From Candidatus Methanophagales archaeon (lineage in GTDB: Archaea > Halobacteriota > Syntropharchaeia > Alkanophagales > Methanospirareceae), in NCBI GenBank assembly GCA_021159465.1, contig JAGGRR010000017.1:1-48732 (forward strand): a DNA stretch of 48,732 bases, in the 5' to 3' direction. Positions 17,586 to 25,934 of this stretch are shown here, in pieces. Position numbers and translations under genes: made by a program. A model generated the notes under the pieces. The model was not told the origin of the DNA. It ran no database searches and saw only the letters and a list, made by a program, of their open reading frames with translations. Position 1 is the stretch's first letter; every line of letters starts with the position of its first letter.

Positions 17586-19070
17586 ATGGGAGGAGTGGAC
17601 GCAGAGGAGGGTTTCCCTTTTGACCTGAACCCGATGTATGAGGGTGAGAGGGTGAGAAAGGCAGGCATGTACGTGGAGTTAGGGGGAATAAGCAAGCCAG
17701 GATTTGAACTTGTTGTATTTGAACCCGATCCAGAGAAGGTTCGTGACAACGAGGTGACACTGATAGGACCTGATATAGCAGAGATGGAAGAGGGCGGTAC
17801 TTATGCGTATGGTATGATATATAAGGTCTATGGCGAGCAGATAGAGAAGGACCTCGAAGCCGTGATAGAGCGCAGGAATCATGAATATCAGTCTTATATA
17901 CAGGGATATATGCATCTCAATCAGCGCGATGAGATATGGGTTAGAATAAGTAAGGATGCGGTAAAGAAGGGCTTGAAATCGCTGAAGCAGATAGCAAAAG
18001 CAACGATAATGCTATTCAAGTCTGAGTTGCCATTCATAGAGAAGATGGAAGCCACGTATATAACCGATGAAGCGGAAGTGGAGAAGCAACTGGAGGAGGC
18101 AAGGAAGATATACCAAGCGCGGGATTTGAAGGCAAGAGGCTTGCATGATGAGGATGTGGATGAATTTTATCAATGTACATTATGTCAGTCATTTGCACCA
18201 ACGAATGTCTGTGTGGTCTCACCAGATAGAATAGCACTTTGCGGCGCAATGAGCTGGTTCGACTCGAGGGCTGCAGCGAGGGTGGACCCTGAGGGACCGA
18301 ATGCACCGATACCAAAAGGTGAGTGTATAGACCCAATAGGAGGAGAGTATACAGGAGTAAACGAGGCAGCAGTGAGGCTTTCTGGTGGCGAATATGACTC
18401 TATAAAGTTACACTCGTTCCTGGAGAAGCCACATACGAGTTGTGGCTGTTTCGAGGTTGCTGGTTTCTATATACCCGAAGTTGACGGAATAGGATGGATA
18501 CATCGTGGCTCTAAGGTCTCTGAGACTCCTATTGGACTCCCCTTCTCAACCATCGCAGGCTCTGTGGGGGGCGGTAAACAGGTGAAGGGTTTTCTTGGGA
18601 TTGGAGTCCAGTACTTCTACAGCTCGAAGTTCATACAGTATGACGGGGGATGGCGACGTGTGGTATGGATGGCATCTGATTTAAAAGATAGGGTAAGCGA
18701 TGCTATACCGGATGAGATGAAGGACAAGATAGCGACGGAGAAGGAAGCGGCAGATTTAGGGAGTCTGCGAGAGTTCTTACAGCAAGTTGACCACCCGGTG
18801 GTGAAAGGAGTTATCAGAGAAGTTGACGGAGCGAAGATAACAAATGGGTGGGTAGAGGAGGAAGAGGAGGCAGCAATTGCAGCACCAGAAGAAGTAGCTG
18901 CTCCCACTGCCATGATGGGGAGTGAAGCACAACCAGAGGCAATTGCTCAATCGGTGCCTGCGCCTGTATCTGCATCTGCCATGCTGGGCGGTGCCCCCAT
19001 AACGATAACACTGAAGAATGCAAATATAAATATAGGAAAGATAATATTGCGGAGGAAAGCGAATAAGTAA
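17586..19070 (+). CDS. cdhC: Acetyl-CoA decarbonylase/synthase complex beta subunit (A-cluster subunit)
   Basis: 494 aa. The N-terminus FPFDLNPMYEGERVRKAGMYVELGG is typical. A-cluster ligands are CTLCQSFAPTNVCVVSPDRIALCGAMSWFD (Cx2Cx9Cx9C) and SCGCFE (Cys-Gly-Cys). An acidic/Ala-rich C-terminal tail is present. Confidence 0.9.
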   Translation: MGGVDAEEGFPFDLNPMYEGERVRKAGMYVELGGISKPGFELVVFEPDPEKVRDNEVTLIGPDIAEMEEGGTYAYGMIYKVYGEQIEKDLEAVIERRNHEYQSYIQGYMHLNQRDEIWVRISKDAVKKGLKSLKQIAKATIMLFKSELPFIEKMEATYITDEAEVEKQLEEARKIYQARDLKARGLHDEDVDEFYQCTLCQSFAPTNVCVVSPDRIALCGAMSWFDSRAAARVDPEGPNAPIPKGECIDPIGGEYTGVNEAAVRLSGGEYDSIKLHSFLEKPHTSCGCFEVAGFYIPEVDGIGWIHRGSKVSETPIGLPFSTIAGSVGGGKQVKGFLGIGVQYFYSSKFIQYDGGWRRVVWMASDLKDRVSDAIPDEMKDKIATEKEAADLGSLREFLQQVDHPVVKGVIREVDGAKITNGWVEEEEEAAIAAPEEVAAPTAMMGSEAQPEAIAQSVPAPVSASAMLGGAPITITLKNANINIGKIILRRKANK

Positions 19071-19092
19071 GGAAAAACGCTACGCTACTCTG

Positions 19093-19287
19093 CTACTCTT
19101 TCCTCCTCACCGTTATCGGTATAACACCCTTTTCAAATTCTTCTATTGCTATCTCTATAGGGTCTATTTTATCGGTTTGAATGAGCACTGGTGCCCCTGC
19201 GGCTATCTGTAATGCTCTTGCGCCTATAATGCGTGCTTTCTCATATTTCGTGTACTTCTCTTTCTCTTTCCCCTTCTCCTTTGTCAA
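19093..19287 (-). CDS. rpoK: DNA-directed RNA polymerase subunit K (Rpb6 homologue)
   Basis: 64 aa with the motif [22 protein letters not shown]. Confidence 0.9.
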   Translation of the reverse strand: MTKEKGKEKEKYTKYEKARIIGARALQIAAGAPVLIQTDKIDPIEIAIEEFEKGVIPITVRRKE

Positions 19288-19348
19288 AGTGATCTACCTC
19301 GCTATCTTCTCTATCTTATATACTTGAATTGTATGGTGTGGTATGGTA

Positions 19349-19423
19349 TGGGGTTGCTGAGATTTGAACTCAGGTCTCGGCGTCCCGAACGCCGAAGGAT
19401 AGTCCAAGCTACCCTACAACCCC
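19349..19423 (-). tRNA. tRNA-Pro (anticodon CGG)
   Basis: The reverse complement folds by hand. Acceptor GGGGTTG/CAACCCC. Anticodon stem CGGCG/CGCCG with loop TTCGGGA. T-arm CTGAG-TTCAAAT-CTCAG. Discriminator A. It sits between rpoN and rpoK. Confidence 0.88.
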
Positions 19424-19432
19424 ATCTTAGCC

Positions 19433-19618
19433 TCACCCATAAGGTGCTATCTCATCTATCAGTTCTTCGTGCGTCAGAAGCATTCGGCGGCAACAATATC
19501 GCTTTATACCAAGGTCATCCAGCACCTTACGCGGGTCCTCATGCTTTATTCGCTCTTTATACTCATCCCATACTTCGGATATCACTTTACCACAGGTGAA
19601 ACATCTTACCGGTATCAT
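19433..19618 (-). CDS. rpoN: DNA-directed RNA polymerase subunit N (Rpb10 homologue)
   Basis: 61 aa. The sequence [21 protein letters not shown] ... RYCCRRM shows the Zn-binding pattern of RpoN. Confidence 0.9.
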   Translation of the reverse strand: MIPVRCFTCGKVISEVWDEYKERIKHEDPRKVLDDLGIKRYCCRRMLLTHEELIDEIAPYG

Positions 19619-19654
19619 CTTCTCCTCAGCTTATTTTATTGATATTCACCTATA

Positions 19655-20107
19655 TCAGCGATATGATTTTTGCCTATGCGCTCTTGCACCCTTCGCACCT
19701 GCCTTCTTTGACTCCTTCTGTCGCACATCACTGACCAGCAGAGTTCGGTCATAATCGAGATACATCTCCTTCAGCTTCTCACTACACGTCCAATCCACCA
19801 ACCCCCGAGCGATGGCGGTTCTGGCCGCTTCTGCCTGACCCATGAATCCCCCTCCCCTCACATTCACTTCCACATTGATATTCTCTATCTCAGGTGCGAC
19901 CTCAGGGAGCTGGGAAGCGATGAAAAGCGGCTCAGAAATTTTTGCTCGTACCACCTCCGGCTCTATTATCGCCAGTGGTTTCTTGTTTATTCTAATATCC
20001 CCCTTACCCTCTTTTATCGTCACCCGTGCAATAGCCCTCTTCCTCTTACCCGTCTGATTCACTATTCGCTTTACCTTTGCTTTGGTACCCATCCTAATTT
20101 CTTGCAC
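19655..20107 (-). CDS. rps9: 30S ribosomal protein S9 (uS9)
   Basis: Motif GKRKRAIARVTIKEG, C-terminal KSYR, and a conserved operon position. An alternative start is the Met at 20092. Confidence 0.9.
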   Translation of the reverse strand: MQEIRMGTKAKVKRIVNQTGKRKRAIARVTIKEGKGDIRINKKPLAIIEPEVVRAKISEPLFIASQLPEVAPEIENINVEVNVRGGGFMGQAEAARTAIARGLVDWTCSEKLKEMYLDYDRTLLVSDVRQKESKKAGAKGARAHRQKSYR

Positions 20108-20526
20108 ACCTCCTCTAAGGTTAGATATTTAGCCATTGATAGCCTCTCGACTTTTGCATTTTCTATCCTCTTCTGCTCCTCTTCTTCATATTCCTGAGGT
20201 ATTCCAAGATAGACCTGCAATCTGGAGAGGGCATCTCTGCCCCTTTGCCGCTTATAAGGTAGCATCCCTCTTATCGTGCGCCTTACCACTCTGTCTGGCA
20301 TCTTTGGGAAATAAGGTCCTTTCTCTCGCGAACCTCTCTCCCTTCTCCTTCTGTAATCCTCTATCAGACGCTCCTTCGAGCCACTTACTATCACGCGTTC
20401 GGCATTTACAATTACTATCTGCTTATCTTTATCCCGCAACAGCTGTTTCGCTACTTCACTTGCCAATCGCCCCAGGATTTGCCCCTCACCATTTATTATC
20501 TCCATCTCGCTCATCACGTCACACAA
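20071..20526 (-). CDS. rpl13: 50S ribosomal protein L13 (uL13)
   Basis: 151 aa. Motifs ILGRLASEVAKQLL and RGMLPYKRQRG, with the expected operon context. Confidence 0.9.
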   Translation of the reverse strand: MCDVMSEMEIINGEGQILGRLASEVAKQLLRDKDKQIVIVNAERVIVSGSKERLIEDYRRRRERGSREKGPYFPKMPDRVVRRTIRGMLPYKRQRGRDALSRLQVYLGIPQEYEEEEQKRIENAKVERLSMAKYLTLEEVCKKLGWVPKQR

Positions 20527-20529
20527 TCA

Positions 20530-20559
20530 ATTATAGAATTATACGATTATACGATTATC
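20530..20559. repeat. Octanucleotide tandem tract at the L18e/L13 junction
   Basis: ATTATAGA ATTATACG ATTATACG ATTATC. It covers the L18e stop and its last codons. Confidence 0.85.
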
Positions 20560-20906
20560 TTCACACCCGAGCCTTTCGGGTTATCCCTTATCAGTTCCTC
20601 TATACTTATCCCCTTCCCAACGGTACTGATCTTATCATACGCTTTCTTACTGAAGCCCAGTGCTGCAATCGTGACCGATTTCTGGAGCGTACCGGCGCTC
20701 AGCACTTTACCCGGCACCACTATCGTATCGTTCTCGCTGGAATACCTATCTATCTTGCTCAGATTTACCACGGCATAATTCCTTCGCGGCTTCTCCAATC
20801 GCTTCGCTATATCATGCCATATAGCTGCATCGTGCTCTCGGGCAATTCTCTTCAATTCCCCTATCAGGGATACCAGCCGCGGATTTGTCTTACTCACCTT
20901 TCTCAT
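20547..20906 (-). CDS. rpl18e: 50S ribosomal protein L18e
   Basis: 119 aa. The sequence KTNPRLVSLIGELKRIAREHDAAIWHDIAKRLEKPRRNYAVVNLSKI is typical of archaeal L18e. Confidence 0.9.
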   Translation of the reverse strand: MRKVSKTNPRLVSLIGELKRIAREHDAAIWHDIAKRLEKPRRNYAVVNLSKIDRYSSENDTIVVPGKVLSAGTLQKSVTIAALGFSKKAYDKISTVGKGISIEELIRDNPKGSGVKIIV

Positions 20907-20980
20907 CTCCTGCTCTGCCTCTTCAATTTTAAATCTTGTTTTATAAAAGTTTATTCATAAGATAAAAGGGTATAAGCGAA

Positions 20981-21410
20981 ATGGTAGAGTTCAGGATTCC
21001 AGAAGAGATAAGCGCCTTCTTCGATGATGAATATGGGAAAATGCTACTGGTGAAGGGGGCACCGGACTCCGGTAAAACAGTCTTTGCGCTTACATTTGAG
21101 CATGTTAAAGGGAAATAGCGCTTATCTCGCAACGAGGGGTGATTCCGAGACGATGTGCAGGCAGCATCCATGGATAAAAGATGAGATAGCGAAGACAAGG
21201 AGCCGGAGAGGTGTGGTAATCGGCTTTATTGGAGCAGATAGAGGGAGGGGAGGATTTGACTACTTCGCGTCCACACATATCAGAACCATGCAGAACCATG
21301 TTCATCTCTGGGTGTACCGTGCATCAGGGGGGAAGTACCAAGAACCGAGATACACGCCCTCGAGTTAGATATCACCAGGGATAGTAATCTTGAGATAAGA
21401 CTTACACCCA
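20981..21410 (+). pseudogene. Degraded RecA/KaiC-superfamily P-loop ATPase (truncated and frameshifted)
   Basis: ATG 20981 opens MVEFRIPEEISAFFDDEYGKMLLVKGAPDSGKTVFALTFEHVKGK, with Walker A GAPDSGKT, and hits TAG at 21116. The reading continues plausibly in another frame (GNSAYLATRGDSETMCRQHPWIKDEIAKT). It shifts again towards ...ELDITRDSNLEIRLTPIV. At about 145 codons in total it is too short for an intact KaiC-like domain. Confidence 0.45.
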
Positions 21411-21414
21411 TCGT

Positions 21415-21818
21415 ATGATAGATATCAACCTCTTATCCTTCTGCTTCTGCTCTGCTATTCTGATCTACGCATGCTATTCAGACATAAAGCGGGGGAGGGT
21501 ATCAAATTGGGTCTGGATACTTATGATAGCAGTAGGGGCTCCTCTCCAGTTACAGACTCCTGGTTCGTGGTTTGCCTTTTCTCCTCACATTATCTTCATA
21601 CGTTATCCTCATCCATTCTCTTCACATTTACTCTGAGCTATCTATTCTTCCGACTGCGACTGTTCGGCGGTGCGGATGCGAAATGCCTGATTTGCCTCTC
21701 GATACTGATACCTGAACAGCCACTTGCGCAATATCCATTTCCGGTTGCCCTCACCACGCTCCTGAATGCTGCTCTTTTCTCACTCGTCACCCCTATCTCA
21801 TTATTTATTCGTTTATAA
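21415..21818 (+). pseudogene. A24-family prepilin/preflagellin peptidase (FlaK/PibD-like), frameshifted and short
   Basis: Frame 1 gives MIDINLLSFCFCSAILIYACYSDIKRGRVSNWVWILMIAVGAPL, the first catalytic-Asp motif. The second Asp motif, LFGGADAKCLICLSILIP, lies in a different frame (ORF 21471..21818). The frame change is somewhere near 21540-21580. Confidence 0.65.
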
Positions 21819-21842
21819 TCTCCTGAAGTTAAGTCCTGATGA

Positions 21843-22560
21843 ACTGAGAGCTCACGGGTGCGGGAAGTGGGAGTTACACCAGAGTTGGCAAACCATGTCA
21901 TTGTATGCAGTGAGAGCATGAAGAGGAAGTTGAGGGGTTTGTTTGAGCTCGATGATAATGATAACATCTCGGTGGTCCCGAATGGTGTGGACATTGCAAG
22001 GTTTAATTGATGGATAAAAGCGCTATGAAGGAGCGATTCTGCGGCTCTCGCAGTGCAAAGATGATTCTATTCCCTGGCAGGTTAGTATATCAGAAGGGAG
22101 TAAATGTACTGATAGGCGTGCTGTCACGTGTTTTAGCCGCCTGTCCTGATGCGAGGCTGGTAATTGTAGGTGAGGGACCGATGAGGAGGCTACTGGAAAG
22201 AGACGTATCTTTCCTGGGTATCAAGAAAGATCTTGTTTTCACTGGCCATCTCGATGATTGGGCAGTCCGATGCTTATTGAAAGCTGCGGATGTCCTCGTT
22301 GTGCCCTCCGTTATACGAACATTTTGGAATCGTTGCGCTGGAAGCGATGGCGGCAATGGCGCCTGTTGTTGCTTCTGATGGCGGTGGCATCTCGAATCAT
22401 AATAAATAATGATGAGGGTGTAAAAGTACCACCAGACAACTCAGAGGCACTTGCCAATGCTATCTATCATAATGCTATCATAAAAGTTCTCCACACAGAT
22501 GATACAGATGTGAAGGTAGAGGTGGAGGCGAAGGAATTATGGAGATATCAATACTCATGA
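21843..22560 (+). pseudogene. GT4-family glycosyltransferase remnant (N-terminal domain missing, at least 3 frameshifts)
   Basis: Successive frames give four pieces. First, VIVCSESMKRKLRGLFELDDNDNISVVPNGVDIARFN, ending at stop 22008. Second, KMILFPGRLVYQKGVNVLIGVLSRVLAACPDARLVIVGEGPMRR ... AADVLVVPS. Third, YEHFGIVALEAMAAMAPVVASDGGGIS. Fourth, IINNDEGVKVPPDNSEALANAI. Together they make a typical GT4 C-terminal domain, broken near 22005, 22312 and 22390. Confidence 0.75.
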
Positions 22561-22664
22561 GCAGGAGGAGCTCATTAAGACTGGTTTATTATCCGGAGAG
22601 AAGAGAGTGGTTTTTATATAAAGAAATAGATGTTTATTTATGAACTTTTCATGAGGGGGAGTAA

Positions 22665-25097
22665 TTGATGAGATTCATAAAGTGGTTCGAAGAGGTTGGA
22701 CGTAATGATGTCGCACTGGTTGGTGGTAAGAACGCATCGCTCGGTGAGATGATAAGGAATCTCAGTAGTGAAGGTGTGAATGTGCCTTCAGGATTCGCCA
22801 TTACTGCTGAGGCATATAAATACCTGATAAAGGAAGCAGGCATAGGAAGTGAGATCAGGGATATACTCGAGGGTCTGGATACGCATGATATGGAGGACCT
22901 GTCCAGGCGTGGTAGCAAGATAAGGAGTATAATAAGAGATGCCAGATGCCCACCAGACCTGGAGGATGAGATAAGAGCGGCATACAGAGAGATGGAGTCC
23001 AGGTATGGTAAGAACGTGGACGTGGCAGTGAGGAGCAGTGCAACTGCGGAGGACCTGCCGACTGCGAGCTTTGCGGGGCAGCAGGAGACGTATCTGAATG
23101 TAAGGGGCGAGAATGAATTGATCGAGAAGGTCATGGAGTGCTTTGCCTCTCTATTCACTGACAGAGCGATTTCATATCGTGTAGATAAAGGATTTGACCA
23201 TTTTAGTGTTTATCTATCTGTGGGTGTGCAGAAGATGGTTCGCTCTGATCTGGCATGTGCAGGTGTCATGTTCACAATAGATACCGAATCGGGGTTCAGA
23301 GATGCGGTTTACATCACCGGTGCTTATGGACTGGGCGAGAATGTGGTGCAGGGCATAGTGAATCCCGACCAGTTCTATGTATTTAAGCCGACATTGAAGA
23401 AAGGCTACAGACCGCTGGTGGAGAAGAAACTGGGTACGAAGCGTAAGAAGTTGATCTATCGTAAGAATAGAGCAGGAACGAAGCAGAAGCTGGTGAGACC
23501 AGAGGAGCAGAAGAAGTTCGTATTGAGTGATGATGAAGTACTTACACTCGCGAGATGGGCTTGTATAATAGAGGAGCATTACGGTATGCCTATGGATATC
23601 GAATGGGCAAAAGACGGACTGACAAAAGAGCTCTTTGTAGTACAGGCGAGACCAGAGACCGTGCATTCGCAGCGTAATGTCGCGCAGCTTGAGACTTATG
23701 TACTGGAAGAGGACAGGAACGCATTGAAGGAGAAGTTGCTGGTGGAGGGCGAAGCAGTGGGGACAAAGATCGGACAGGGAGAGGTGAATGTGATAGAGAA
23801 TGCGCGAGATATCCACAAATTTGAGCCGGGGCAGATTCTCGTCACCGAGATGACCGATCCTGACTGGGAGCCGATAATGAAGATTGCAGGTGCGATCGTT
23901 ACAGATAGAGGTGGTAGGACATGTCATGCAGCTATTATATCAAGAGAGCTGGGAATACCGTGTGTGATAGGCACAGTTCAGGGTACGAAGGTTTTGAGGA
24001 ATGTGAAGGAAGTCACAGTGGATTGCTCAGATGGTGTGGGGCGTGTGTACGAGGGAAGGCTGAAGTATCGGCGGGACAGGGTACCGCTGGACCAGCTACC
24101 ACGAACACGAACCAAGATAATGATGAATATTGGTGTTCCAAGCAATGCATTTGTTCAGGGACAAATTCCAAATGATGGCGTTGGGTTAGCACGTGAGGAG
24201 TTCATTATCAATTCTTACATTGGGATTCACCCGCTGGCATTGATAGATTATGAAGAATTGAAGGAGAAGGCGAAGGGGGATAGGAAGATAGCGCGGGTGA
24301 TAAGAGCGATAGATGCACGAAGTGCCTCATACGATGACAAGGCGCAGTTCTTCATTGACAATCTGGCGATGGGGATAGGGAAGATAGCAGCGGGATTTTA
24401 TCCGAACGATGTGATTGTGCGATTATCGGATTTTAAGACGAACGAATATGCGAATCTAATCGGGGGTTATTTATACGAACCTGAAGAGAGCAACCCGATG
24501 CTGGGCTGGCGAGGTGCCTCAAGGTATTATGATGAGCGATTCAAACCCGCATTTGGTCTGGAATGTAAAGCGATAAAGAAGGTGCGGGATGAAATGGGAC
24601 TGACGAATGTGAAAGTGATGGTGCCCTTCTGCCGAACGCCGGAAGAGGGCAGGAAGGTGATAGAAGTGATGGAGGAGTTTGGATTGAAGCAGGGTGAAAA
24701 CGGACTGGAAGTATACGTGATGTGCGAGATACCCTCAAATGTGATACTCGCAGACGAATTTGCAGATGTATTTGATGGCTTCAGCATAGGCTCAAATGAC
24801 CTTACGCAGCTGACTCTGGGTTTGGATCGTGATTCTGACCTCGTAGCACATATATTCGATGAGCGAAATGAAGCAGTGAAGAGGCTGGTGAAGTATGTCA
24901 TAGATGTAGCACACAGGCATGAGCCGAGGAGGAAGATAGGAATCTGTGGACAGGCACCGAGTGACTTCCCGGAATTCGCTGAATTCCTCGTTGAATGCGG
25001 GATAGACTCAATGTCCCTGAATCCTGATGTGGTGATATCCACACGATTGAATATAGCGAAGACGGAGAAGCGATTAGCGGAGCAGGGCAAATTATAA
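22665..25097 (+). CDS. ppsA: Phosphoenolpyruvate synthase (pyruvate, water dikinase)
   Basis: 810 aa. The N-terminus is FIKWFEEVGRNDVALVGGKNASLGEM. The phospho-His region is TDRGGRTCHAAIISRELGIPCVIG. The C-terminal PEP-utilising domain contains GFSIGSNDLTQLTLG. Confidence 0.93.
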   Translation: MMRFIKWFEEVGRNDVALVGGKNASLGEMIRNLSSEGVNVPSGFAITAEAYKYLIKEAGIGSEIRDILEGLDTHDMEDLSRRGSKIRSIIRDARCPPDLEDEIRAAYREMESRYGKNVDVAVRSSATAEDLPTASFAGQQETYLNVRGENELIEKVMECFASLFTDRAISYRVDKGFDHFSVYLSVGVQKMVRSDLACAGVMFTIDTESGFRDAVYITGAYGLGENVVQGIVNPDQFYVFKPTLKKGYRPLVEKKLGTKRKKLIYRKNRAGTKQKLVRPEEQKKFVLSDDEVLTLARWACIIEEHYGMPMDIEWAKDGLTKELFVVQARPETVHSQRNVAQLETYVLEEDRNALKEKLLVEGEAVGTKIGQGEVNVIENARDIHKFEPGQILVTEMTDPDWEPIMKIAGAIVTDRGGRTCHAAIISRELGIPCVIGTVQGTKVLRNVKEVTVDCSDGVGRVYEGRLKYRRDRVPLDQLPRTRTKIMMNIGVPSNAFVQGQIPNDGVGLAREEFIINSYIGIHPLALIDYEELKEKAKGDRKIARVIRAIDARSASYDDKAQFFIDNLAMGIGKIAAGFYPNDVIVRLSDFKTNEYANLIGGYLYEPEESNPMLGWRGASRYYDERFKPAFGLECKAIKKVRDEMGLTNVKVMVPFCRTPEEGRKVIEVMEEFGLKQGENGLEVYVMCEIPSNVILADEFADVFDGFSIGSNDLTQLTLGLDRDSDLVAHIFDERNEAVKRLVKYVIDVAHRHEPRRKIGICGQAPSDFPEFAEFLVECGIDSMSLNPDVVISTRLNIAKTEKRLAEQGKL

Positions 25098-25120
25098 GTT
25101 AGGTAGTTGAGATGTGAGAT

Positions 25121-25687
25121 ATGTATATAAGAATAATGGCTATTGACGTTGTTAGGGTACCACCAGAGCGGTTGGGAGAGGATTTAGTGAGCACAGTGAA
25201 GGAGTTACTGAGGGATAAGCTGGAGGGGCGGATGGATAAGAAGATCGGAATGTTCATTGCCATACTGGACGTTGTGGAGATGAAAGAAGGGCGGATAATG
25301 ATAGGAGATGGAGGAGTGTATTATGAGACGGTCTTTGATGCCATCGTCTTCAGACCAGAGCTGCAGGAGATAGTGGAAGGGGAGGTAGTGGAGATAGTGG
25401 ATTTTGGCGCTTTCGTTGAGATCGGTCCCCTGGATGGGTTACTGCATATCAGTCAGATAACCGATGAATTCATATCCTATGACGAGAAGGGAGCAAAACT
25501 CATCACCAAGGAGACAAACAGGACGCTGAGTGAGGGCGATAAAGTGCGTGCACGAATAGTCGCGGTCTCTCTCAATGAACAGGACCCTGGTGATAGTAAG
25601 ATAGGACTGACGATGAGACAACCGGGTCTGGGTAAGATAGAATGGATAGAGGAGGAGCGCGAGAAGGAAGCGAAGAGGTTAGAGTGA
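25121..25687 (+). CDS. rpoE1: DNA-directed RNA polymerase subunit E' (Rpb7 homologue, S1 domain)
   Basis: 188 aa. The sequence includes VVRVPPERLGEDL ... GEVVEIVDFGAFVEIGPLDGLLHISQI (S1 fold). It is followed directly by spt4, as is usual in archaea. Confidence 0.9.
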   Translation: MYIRIMAIDVVRVPPERLGEDLVSTVKELLRDKLEGRMDKKIGMFIAILDVVEMKEGRIMIGDGGVYYETVFDAIVFRPELQEIVEGEVVEIVDFGAFVEIGPLDGLLHISQITDEFISYDEKGAKLITKETNRTLSEGDKVRARIVAVSLNEQDPGDSKIGLTMRQPGLGKIEWIEEEREKEAKRLE

Positions 25688-25693
25688 AAATAA

Positions 25694-25879
25694 ATGGAAC
25701 GAGCATGCAGGGATTGTCACAGGATAATAGAGGAAGGCAAATCGGTCTGTAAATGCGGCTCCAATTCCATCAGTAAAGACTGGAGCGGATATGTGGTAAT
25801 TGTGGATGCAGAAAGTTCAGAGATAGCGAAGAAACTGGGTATAAAAAGGGAAGGGCGCTATGCATTGAAGGTAAGATAA
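25694..25879 (+). CDS. spt4: Transcription elongation factor Spt4 (RpoE'')
   Basis: 61 aa. Zn ribbon CRDCHRIIEEGKSVCKCG, then SKDWSGYVVIVDAESSEIAKKLGI. Confidence 0.85.
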   Translation: MERACRDCHRIIEEGKSVCKCGSNSISKDWSGYVVIVDAESSEIAKKLGIKREGRYALKVR

Positions 25880-25934
25880 TAAAAAAACATTTCTTTCAAA
25901 AATAAAAAACAAATCAAACCCAAATCTTGAACCC

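Noticed and set aside
20136-20960. 274-aa plus-strand ORF across the L13/L18e genes. Similar long antisense ORFs are 2327..2836, 8414..9055, 23214..23927, 24527..25090, 34171..34899 and 35809..36594.
   Set aside because: These are shadow ORFs opposite strongly supported genes. Their composition is biased (Ser/Leu/Pro-rich) and they carry no recognisable motifs.
25880-25934. The motif AAAAAACATTTCTTTCAAAAA, also present as AAAAAACCTTTCTTTCAAAAA at 40977-40997, considered as a conserved intergenic element.
   Set aside because: Only two copies were seen, and both lie in A/T-rich 3' regions where oligo-A/T termination signals are expected. That is insufficient to call a repeat family, though a genome-wide motif count would be worthwhile.
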